From Acanthaster planci (Eukaryota), in contig NW_019091359.1 of NCBI RefSeq assembly GCF_001949145.1, forward strand, positions 1,872,540 through 1,936,539: a stretch of DNA of 64,000 nucleotides, written 5' to 3'. The notes under the pieces were generated by a model that was not told the DNA's origin, ran no database searches, and saw nothing but the letters and a program-made list of their open reading frames with translations. This document shows, one piece after another, positions 1-10,731 of this stretch. Position numbers and translations under genes: made by a program. Numbering within the stretch: position 1 is the first letter of the stretch; every line of letters starts with the position of its first letter.

Positions 1-1671
1 CTCTTGTATTTCCTGTTTACCGGATTCCACGAACATAAAACTTATCCCAATTCAAGCGCAATAAGAACAGGTATCTGAACGTGAGATGTTTTTTGGGGGG
101 TAAGAAATTGAGATATCTGATATCCCTTACCTCGAGGCCTCATTAACGAGCTTTTGTTGAACGATTTGTATGAAACAGGTATGCAACATGCGCAGACGCG
201 CTCCCACCGCTGCACTTGACATTGTTTACAGTTGCTTAGCAATATGCAACAGAGGCAGAGCATATAGGAATTTTTGCGTGTAGCATTTATCCTACTGGAC
301 TTCAATTAAATGAGGGCCTGTGTCCATCCATCATGATTAGGAGGACTATTTCCATCCAAATATGAAATTCATTGAAAAAAAGATTCACTGGAGACAGAGG
401 TACGTGCTGTAAAATTTTAATTTAATTCAATTCTCTTATCTAGTTAATCATAAGTACATGTAATATAGCGTCATAGAAAACAGCAATATCATCATCTCGC
501 TAGTGATGGAGGAAAATAGCCGAGGAAAGTGGCTATGAAAGTACATGAAATCCACTACAAAGCTGTCGAGCCCCAGAATGAAGGTGAATTTCTATACTTA
601 TAAATTAGAATTACATCAAGCACAATAAAATAATTCTCTCCTCTAAAATAGCACGTAACAGTATACGGACATTTTCTGGTAATTGCTTACTCGTCCATAA
701 ACCATTTCCCGGCGTCATCGTGCACTATTCGTGGATTCTAAAAGTTGTTTTGCGATTATCCCAAACACTGTAAAGGCCTGTACTGTGGCCAGTTTGAGAA
801 CAAGGTATTGATAGACATATGTCTCGGAGAAACGAACACTGGAAATCTCTTAAATTAAATCAAGTCATAAAGTACACTTTCTAAAGAAGTATACTTGAAT
901 TCATGGCACAAGTGGGCTTTCGTAGGTGGCTGTTCATGCCATTGCCAGCACTAATATCGTGATGCCTGAAGTCGAAATGGTTTGGATTCTCCGTAATACT
1001 CTGTGTGCAATGTTATAACTACAACGACATGCATGGCTTGAACCTTGAACTTCATACTCTTTCGCTTTGTGAAAATCGCGCCAAAAGTGTAAACCGTGAT
1101 TCGGTTCCCATGTACTTACGAGTATTTTCTTTCCGCAAAATAACAATGAAGGACCAGGCACCAGGCAATTTGGCGGGAAATGCATTGTAATGTCACATGG
1201 AAATGCTACAGATTAAAAATCACAATCGTGCGGCTAGAAACCTGGAAATAGGGTACCGGTTTCGGTAAGTTTGCCATGTTCAAAACAGCTTTCAACAATG
1301 TCTTCTGTTTATGGTCTGATATAAAGTAAACCCTGTGTGTCGGAAGTTATTTTTGTGTTTGCCAAAAGCTTTTAGGTTTGAGTGTACCGAATATGTGAAG
1401 TTGCGGTCTACATAAAAATGTTAACATTGCTTTCATTTCACGGTAAGATACCTCCAATCACATGGGTCAAGTTCTTTTATACATTAAACAGAAAAGTATA
1501 AACCTTGTTGGCGCATTGTTTTGCCCACATTTAGATTCATTCTTGGTAGGCCCATCTCGGTGTCCTATGAAATTTAGACTCCCATAAAATCTGTTCTCTT
1601 TTTCTTAAAAGACTACGCCGCATGCGTGTGTTATTTTGTCACCATTCTTGCCCCAATCCATTTGCATTATG

Positions 1672-1835
1672 AGGCCGGTTCATACTTGATGCATAACCGA
1701 ACACGAACGTAAGTTTGTGATATCAGATCAATTAATATTTGCCTTGCGAAGTGCACAAGTTGAAAACAATTTTTTCGTGACGTCCAATTCACTTTGCTTT
1801 CGGGTTTCGCATTCGCTTGAAGTATAAATCGGCCT
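1672..1835. mobile_element. Tourist/Harbinger-like MITE
   Basis: 16-bp TIR aggccggttcatactt versus aagtataaatcggcct (2 mismatches). Confidence 0.55.
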
Positions 1836-2109
1836 TTTTATTAAAGAGAGCCCGTTTATCATGACAAGAGTCCAACATAAAATCCTATTCCATGTGTCGC
1901 ACCAGTGAACTGAATTCTTCCCTCACTAGCTACACCTGACTACAAGAGTTTTACCACAATTTAATCTTCATTTCTGGTTTCCTTCGAAAGCGGCAAAAGA
2001 CTAAAAATGTTCCACTACAACATCCTTCCGCAGAAATATGACTGTTATTATGTGAGTGAATTATGAAATAAAAATACATATCTAATAAAAATTAAACTAG
2101 TCATAACAA

Positions 2110-2780
2110 GGTGATCACGACTAAAATACAGATGTATACGTTTCCTACAAAGTCCTTGGATGAGCACAGTGCCATTCAAAGTCCTCCACGTCATCGCGAA
2201 GGGAGCTTAGTCACAGCGCGTGAATATACTATGACACACGCCTGACAGTTATCCAAATTACTCTCCAGTCATAAATAGACTATTCACCGAACAAAAAAAA
2301 AAGCAGCGGGTTATTAGGACAGTTAACTTATGTAATGTGATCCATTGCTATACGTGTATTTGGCACAAAGTTTCTGTAATGTACAAGTACTACACATAAT
2401 CAATGGACGATTCAGAAAACAATCGCAAATGTCGATCACTTACATGTATATTTTAAGGTTGCACTTATACAGTAATAGGGCGTTAAATATCACTGCGATG
2501 TGTCATCATCCATGGAAGTGGAAGAGATTACGAATGGAGTAGTCATGCTCGCCCACGAGTTTCCAATGGCCCTGAAAATTCATACCACACTGCTCAGCCA
2601 GTCTGTAGTCCATAATTCCTTCATAAGGTTCATTTTCCCCTGCCGATACGAAGAAAAAACAGCCTTATTTAAGCAAAAATCTCCAAAAGGAACGCACGGA
2701 ACGTTCGCCGGGAAGTCAAGTGCTACATGAAGGTAATGTGCATTACATCTGTCCGCTACCGGTGCATGTGACGTCAAAAC
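2110..2780 (+). promoter_or_regulatory. Candidate promoter and non-coding first exon of the upstream TBK1 module
   Basis: Motifs collinear with the downstream promoter (gtgatcac, gtttccta, tcctccacgtca, acagcg, atgacac); donor aag|gtaatg at 2732/2733; CRE tgacgtca at about 2769. Confidence 0.4.
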
Positions 2781-2875
2781 GGTTGTGATGTGTTGCAGGC
2801 CAATGGGCTGTAACAAATGCACATGTATAAAACTAGTAGTGACCTTTGTTGTGAGTGCGCTGCATCGGCATTACT

Positions 2876-3390
2876 GATTTACGAAGGCCGTGAAGTGCCA
2901 TCAAGTATATATTTGCAAAAAGTGAAGTTTTTTTCGAAATCTCTTTTTAGGAAATATATTTTTCCAACTTCTCTTCTAAGATATGTATTTTTTCTATGTT
3001 CTTTTGTTCGAGACATATTATATAGTTTATTTTTATGAGACCTGTATATCTGGGCAATATTTATTCTATTTTGGAACAAATCGATTTTAGGAGATATATT
3101 TTTTCCAGCTCGTTTTCATAAGTTTTTAAAATTTGTTTTGTGAGAAATAAAGTCAAACTTGGAGATATATTTCTATTGACAATTGACTTGAAAAACATAG
3201 TTGATAAAACAAATTTGATGAAAAAATATATCTCCTAAAACGTCCCGATGTTTTCCAAAAGCAGACACTGTTTCTAAAACAAAGGATACCACAAGAACAA
3301 ACTGGAGAATGTATATTAAACAAAAGATATTTGGAAAAGAGTTGTAAAAAAACTAAGTTGAAAAAATAAAAGTAGTATTACGACTTCGAT
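2876..3390. mobile_element. Foldback element with internal atatattttt subrepeats
   Basis: Starts tttacgaaggcc; T-rich left half mirrored by A-rich right half, e.g. tttaggagatatatttttt (about 3086) versus aaaaaatatatctcctaaa (about 3222). Confidence 0.55.
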
Positions 3391-3996
3391 TTGGATTCCT
3401 ACTTTGACTGTATTGCATGTATTGAGGTTTTCATGCGCTTTTCATGTTCTGATAAATTAAGTGCAAGGCGTTCAGCGCGTATCCTATCGTGTTAGCACCT
3501 GTGGTCATGATGCATTCCCTAACCTTTCAGTCACTGGTATTCACGACCTGCGCTAAAAAATCCGTCAGCTGGCAATATTGCTTGAATAAGCTCTACTTAT
3601 CGTTCTGACTTTCGAATGGTTTGCGTGTCAACAGAAGGAACCAATTGGAATGCACAGGATAGGCTTTGACCATTTTAGGTATTTCTTCACAGAAAGGTGA
3701 TTTCCGTCAATACAAAAGCCGCATTCCTTTGTAAATTTTGCCTTAGTAAACCGTTGCCACAATGGCTCGCTATGGTTAAACAAGCACTGTTGTGGCATGT
3801 TGGCCAACTTTCATGAAGTGGCTCGGTATTAAACGATGGAAGTCTCCAACTGTAATAACGTAGAGTTGACCAGCGCTACATTCGAAACATGAAGTCATAG
3901 ATATTATGATAGTGACCTATTATCATTTTTGCATAACAGTGCTAATTTTACTCCATGCATGTTCCGACCAGAATTTTGTGTGTTGCGTTGCAGGAT

Positions 3997-4994
3997 ATGT
4001 TTAGCCACTATCAAATACCCACGAGAAGGGAACCTAAACAACTTCGGAGCACCCAGTCTTACATCTACTACACGGACGATAAGAAAGGCGAAGGAGCAAC
4101 GGGAAGTGTATTTGGTGGCAGAGAAAAGGTACAAATCCCGCAGATCAGCTTGCAATCGCCAGGTTACTTCGAAGGTTGCATAAATTCCACAGTGTCTAGG
4201 CCAAGAATATCACTTATCGGAAAAACTTTTTTTACGTATTTAATGTTAGCTTCTTTTTCAGCTTTATACGGAATGCAGTGCTTGGCATCTTTGTTCTTCT
4301 TCCCCCTTTTTCCACCAGAAATCTGGTGAGAGGGTTGCTGTGAAGGTGTTCAACAATGTCAGTTACCGGAGACCTGGAAGCGTGCAGGAGAGAGAGTTTG
4401 ACGTCCTCCTTAAACTAAAACACTCCAATATTGTGAAACTTCTTGCCATTGAATATGATGTAAGTTTATCTCCGTGTCCAAACTCTGTAAACAAAAAAAG
4501 AAAAAAGGGCCTACTCGACGCATATGGGGTTTGTGAATTTCCCCAAGAAAGTGTCACTTGCCAGTGAGGAAGGATGTCACTTTTCCCAAAGGACCAGAAA
4601 ACTGTTCTGTAATTATAACAAAGAATAGTTTTGGTGAAAGAATTATAAGGATATTGCCTTCTCTTACAAAGTAATTATAAACCTAGACGAAAATGGGTGA
4701 AAAGCAGTTTTTAAATAAAACATCTTCAATGGCCGGTGCGGCACGAAATGGCCAAGTCATTCAACGAGAAAAAAAGACTGCATGGATAAACTTCAGGTTT
4801 AGCTTGATTAACTGATAAACTTTATTACTTGAAGCACTAAAAAAACTCCCTCGTTCCTTTTCAGTCCACTTCCCACGATCGTGTCATCGTCATGGAGCTG
4901 TGTGAGGGTGGGAGTCTCTTCAACGTCTTAGACAAACCCGAGAATTCCTTTGGATTGGCTGAGACAGAGTTCATTATTCTCCTTCGGGATGTCA
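3997..4994 (+). CDS. TBK1: Partial upstream TBK1 paralogous module (coding exons 3997-4128, 4319-4459, 4865-4994), roughly kinase N-lobe only; alternative 5' cassette, truncated gene or pseudogene
   Basis: [44 protein letters not shown] / [13 protein letters not shown]...AIEYD / [43 protein letters not shown]. Same exon sizes (132/141/130) and intact splice sites as the downstream gene; no HRD/DFG exon found before 24 kb. Confidence 0.85.
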
Positions 4995-7900
4995 GTAAGT
5001 AGACGTCTTTGAAGAGAAAAACAGCCCCAAGTTTGTACAAAGTCCCTTCCTGATTTGTATAACAAATGTAAATTTATATTTGTCGTCACTTTTAAAGGGT
5101 TTTTTTTTTTAAATAAAAGTAAAACAGAAATAAAAGTGGTCATTCAGTTTGCTGCACCTCCCTGGAAAAATATCATATTGAATTGCTGAGAAAAAGAAGC
5201 ACAAATGAAATTAACATATCTGTTTTCGAGTCATTATTTTCATTTCAAGCCAAAAAAAAACCAACCCCTCTGCAAATTTAGAAACATCATACCGAAAATG
5301 TAGCTTCAAATGTTTTTTCTTTTGCCTGTTTTTTGTTTCTAGCATTGCCCGAACAGTCCCAAATCCTCCGATTTCAGTATTATTTTACATACACCCTAGG
5401 GGGTTAGGGTTAATTTCAGAACAGCCGTTTTGAACAGGTGTTGATCGAGGGCTGTATTGAAATTTGCAAGAAGTGAATCCTTTTTAAGCAATCCCAGCGA
5501 TGATATGTTATCTGTTTTACCTATTAATTCCTCCTCACTCAGTGCCTGTGAATTTTTATTTATTTTCAGCCTTGTTGGGAATAACTGAGTTCTAATTTTG
5601 CACATGTAGGCCTACAATATTATGCTAGTTTTGTTTCATTACCAGGGAGTGTCTTTAGGCAAAAGTTCCACATCTAAAATGAAACTAAAAATTACCCAGG
5701 CCAATTTTCGATCATTCCATAGTTGCGTGGTCTTGAAAGAGCACCTTAACATCTAAAGAGTGGATGCAGAAATTATGCAATCTCGCTTGCAAGGATCAAG
5801 AGACAGATTCAAGATTAATGAAACCTACCATAATAAATTCAGTCTTGAAATAGATTCATTAGATAGAATTTATTCCAAGCTGTAGTTTAATTTTTAGCAC
5901 GTGCACTTTAAAACGTGCTTGTTTTCCTTTGAAAAGAAGTGTTTGTTTTAACCCTTAAATTTGCCAAGAATAACTACAATTGTGTTGGAATAATTTATTT
6001 AAATGTATCGAATGCAACACAAAAGGAATGTGTGAATTTTCTAGGTATTAAATTTATCTGGAAACAGTCCATAAATTCTCTTTGTAAATCCGGATAACGC
6101 ATCCTTGCATTGAATGGAATATCACTATGTCACATAAGTGTGACTTGGGCACAGCATTACTTGCGTGTTTTCTAACTGCAACTCAGTGATTCTTAGTCAG
6201 CATAACAAGAATCGTGAAAATAAAATGGCTCGGAGGGTTTGGATGGAAAGCTTGAATTGATAAATGTCATATTATCAAATGTTTTTTTTGTTGTTGTTTT
6301 TTTTGAAAAGTAAAATCAACATTTCCTGAAATAAAAATATTCGCAACTGTATGCATTGCTGTCGTTGTGTTGCTTTCTCTAACAGTCTATTGAGTGCACA
6401 CGTCCTGAGGCTGACACTCCAAGGAAATTTTATTATTTGTATATTTATCAATGTCAGATTACAGAAAGTAGTCAAAGGTACTATGGTCATGACTTGATTC
6501 AACAGCACATTCAATTTAGGGAAGTCTCCGTAATATTTCCAGCCCATATTCTTACTCTTAACAACAAAAAATGCCGTTGTAGTCGTACATTCAGGTTTCA
6601 CCCCCATTTTCGCCAGATCCTCTGTTACGTGGTTTTGTGGTTGGGACTGTGGTATTATGATTTGCAGTTGGAAACTTTTGCTTGAATTTTGGATCCAATT
6701 GAGTAATATTTAAGTTAATCCACAATGTCGTGTTATTATTATGTCGTTTGGATTATCAAAAGAGCTGACCCTGCACAGCGGGTCTTTCCAGCAAGGTTGC
6801 GCAATACTCCGTGATTGCGACATCGCGCCTGGGATTTAACCTGCGCTGATTAATGTCGGGGAATTCCCCACACGAGCCGCTTCAACCTCGTCCCCTTTGT
6901 GCTGTTACAAGTTGTACTGTCCCCGCGTGTGCGCCGTGCACGTGCCCTACGGTGATTGGCGTAGTCTGGTTCCCCGATAAAACATGCTAACGACTTCGAG
7001 AGATCTTTCTTAGGAACGTCAGCTGCAGCCGTGAGAGTGTGGGGGAGGGGGGGCCGGAGCCCGTTTCCGACAAATTCCGATATCCGCCGAAATTGTCCGA
7101 AATCAGTTTCGGATTGTGTTGTAAATCTTTGCAAATATTAACTTTTTTTCGATTTATCAACACACATCGAGATCAGAAGACGTTCATTGAATTTTCTTCG
7201 TTTTGTTTCACATTGATCTCCACACCACGATTGTTTATAAACAAATGAAGTTCGCCCGTTGCACCTAAAATAGAATAAGGCGCTACGTCATTTATTTTTA
7301 CGGTCGACGGTGTTTTGATGCGGCAGGGAACCAGCCCAATGATTATGCGGTAGATCATGCACGCAATCTTAGCACTTGGATTATCCTATCTCACTCAAAG
7401 AAATGGTTACTCTCGGGAAAAGGAAATCGGGCACCGGTCCGTTTGAAGTTTGAACAATGGTACGTGATGGCGTCTTCACGTGAGTAATGACCACTTTGAC
7501 CGTAGCCATGGTTTTTACTCGTATGGGCCTGCAAGAACTGAGACGTTTTGCCTGGGCCCCACTATAAAAGAATTAACGTTATATACATGTATAAAAAATA
7601 AAATTTCACCATTTGCCTGATACATGCTGTTGGCATCAAAGCTGCATCGACAGTGGGCTGGTATTTTAGCATGTTCACCACCTTCATGATGACACGGAGT
7701 GTCGGTACCTACGAGTCATCAAGACTCCTCTGGACGTGGACTGGACGTGGAAAGTGTGTTCGGTTTCGGGTAAGAGATGATCAAGTACTGTACAGTCATG
7801 GTACAATTGGCCGGCTCTCATTGACGGTGTCTGTACAGTACAACCCGTCCAGCCTTCTCGTGCTCGTAGCACACTGGAGCTACATGGCCGCTGGCAGGCC

Positions 7901-10654
7901 TCGCTAACGTGCGTGGATACATTGCAATCTGGGGGATTCCCATCAAATGCAAAGCGTGACGCTGCTGATTGGATGACTGGAACGTGGCTGTTTGAATAAT
8001 AATGCGAGCCGAGATCTATTTAGCATACAGCCGTTATGGCAGTCCAGCCCTGTTATTATGACAGTTTCGTGTTGAAAACAACATTAGTTCCCCTGGATAA
8101 CTGGAATCTGGAAATGCTGAAAGGTACGTTTGCCGTGTATTTTTTGTGTTTTCCAAATTGTTAAATAGAATATCCACAGCATTGGCTGAAAGCAGCCAGT
8201 GCAACTGTAGTATAGCTTTGTTTTCTTTTCATAGCGTTTGTGTATGCCAACGAATGCAACCGCTGGGTTGTCAAAGCGGCCAGTGCATTCGGGGAGAATT
8301 TGAGAGGCGTCGCTCTTTATGTCTCAAATGTGTTCTTTTCAGTTTATATGTAACCAGGCTGTCGTTTGCCGACACCGAAATGAACTACAGACAAGTTATA
8401 GCAAACGGCCGCTGAAGGACTGAAAGCCGAAAGTATTAGCTTTGAGATAGTTTGCAGTTGATAAGTTTGCCTTCACCAGTACCTAGTCTTAAAATGCGTC
8501 GTGCATTCCTTGATGCATGCGAGCTAATCGAATACTTGTCAGTGTAACGTCAATGTCCAGACTGTTACAGTAATACCGTGTATCAAGCGGAAAGGTTTTT
8601 GAGATCGTTGTAAAGCTAGGCCCAGAAATTTACATGCTATCGTCGGCAGAAATACAACATTTCTTTCCTATTGATAATGTTCTTGTAAGCACGGTGAAAC
8701 AAACTAGTTACTGTCACATGTTGTGTGTAAGAACAAAGACTTTTAACATTCTCCGTTCATCATATTTCAACCTACGAGTTGGAAGTTGTATGCATAATAC
8801 GCCTAATACGCATTTGACTCTTACGTAATTTTAACCGAGGCTTGCGTGACATATCCAGGCTAAAACATGCGTGCGTTGTCAATAGGAACACCATCCCATC
8901 CAAATCCTAACCCTGGAACGGATTGAGCGTGGTTTGAGGGTATGCATGGTCGTAATCTTGCAGGCCAGTGCTTTTGTCCAACGGTGTATTCTCAAAGGAA
9001 AAAAGAAGTGCCCTGCAAGATGGCTACTACGCAAAGCCTCTATAGTGGACTTTGTAGTGATACTGAAAAGAAAGTGAAATCTGAACGGCATGAGCCACGG
9101 CCGGTTGTCGTATTCGGATTGCATTTGGATTTTCGCTTGAAGCATACGGATTGTGTTGCCCCTTTACTCGATCCGTGGAACAATTTGCAAAAGCGTTGTG
9201 CATATCCGAAGAAACGCATACGTTGTTTGTGTCCGTGAAAGTGGAACGCATCGTGTCCTCAACGCAGCCCAAAAAAACGTACAGATATGGGAAGGTGCCT
9301 TAAACCGTTCGGAATCATTACTAGCACCATAACCACTCTATATTTCTGTCGTCAACGTTTAGACCCCTGATATTCATTTTTTCCTTAATCACAGAAAACC
9401 ACCATTATTTTAGGATATTTTGAGTGGACAATAATTCTAGTAGTTGTTGCTCTTTCAAAATCTTACCAATCGCATAGGGAACGTGTATTAGAGCCACTTG
9501 ACTCTAAGAGGAGTTTCAGCCTACTTTAAAAAATGCACAAGACTTCTCTGCATCTGTGCCCCGTGATTATTATTCACACGTCTGTCTTGGGTTGCACAAA
9601 CTTATATGAAGAACAAAAGTACACTTGAACTGTCAAAAGGGGCTGGGCTACTGGCTAATGACAACTCCGTCATTTACACTACTTCACAAGTTAGGTGTAG
9701 GCCTCAGATGATAGGTGTTACACAATAAAAACTAAGTCCCAGACGTAGATAACAATCTAAAATAAATGAAAACACACTAATTACATTATAACCCAAGTAT
9801 AACCATGAGAAAATAAGGCCTAAGCTTTGGTAAGTACATGTACATTTACACGAGCATGATACATTGTGCGTCTATACTATATAATGTTCATTTATCTTAC
9901 AATCTCATGACTTTTCCAGATTTACATCGTTTCCCTTTAGGGTTGAAATATAATAAACTCACCATAAAGGGCTCTCTTAAGGTCTATAAATCACATGAAT
10001 GATCTGAGAATCACATTATAATCAAACTCCGAAAATACAACTTGATTATCGATTAAGATTTTTGGTGGTGAAATTTACAGATCAGACTCTGCTGACTACA
10101 TGGCTTAGAAAACACTATGCGTCCTTGTACCCAATTTATATTACAAGGCACAGCTATCCAAATGCCCTAGGGATGAGCTTATGCTAGTTACTGTTGAACC
10201 TCCTAAATATGATGTAATGGTTTGCATACATGTAATGCAAGATCAAACTTTTAAAGTGTACCATATAGGAGATTATATAGTAAATTTCCAAATATTGTGA
10301 GATCAGAGATTTTTTTTAAAGAAACCGTAATGTAATTTTGATTGAAATTAAAACAGACATTTTGCTGCACAGCTGATACGGTAATACAAACCTCTTGGAG
10401 ACAGTAATGGATGGAGTTCGAAGTTAATGAAAACACTTTCCTCGTGGACGGGACAATAGCATATACTTAAATTTTGCGAGAGCAAAACGTGATTTTTTTA
10501 CCCTAACCGTACCGAATCAGGCAAGATAAGAATTGGTTCGGACAGTTTTTTCTATTTCGCAAAGCCAGTGCGGTAGCAGACCACTAGTTGAAAGGAAGTA
10601 GGCTAAAGAAATATTCTCGGGGGGGGGGGTCAAACTAATTTTTAAAAAAATAAA

Positions 10655-10731
10655 AATATAATATTTAATTAGTGCTCTGAAATATGCAATCGGCAATTAC
10701 ATATTTCAGAGCACTAACAATATATTATATT
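10655..10731. repeat. Inverted repeat/hairpin
   Basis: ttagtgctctgaaatatg (10669-10686) pairs perfectly with catatttcagagcactaa (10700-10717); outer aatataatat/atattatatt extension. Confidence 0.8.

Noticed and set aside
2..18. 17-nt match to the TBK1 acceptor region at 27741-27757, hinting at a third copy
   Set aside because: Low-complexity pyrimidine tract; the following sequence does not encode HPDVYERA.
3997..5004. Upstream TBK1 module as a simple uncollapsed haplotype
   Set aside because: 15/51 differences in the first codons, a heavily diverged intron and barely alignable promoters exceed plausible allelic divergence; not fully excluded without reads.
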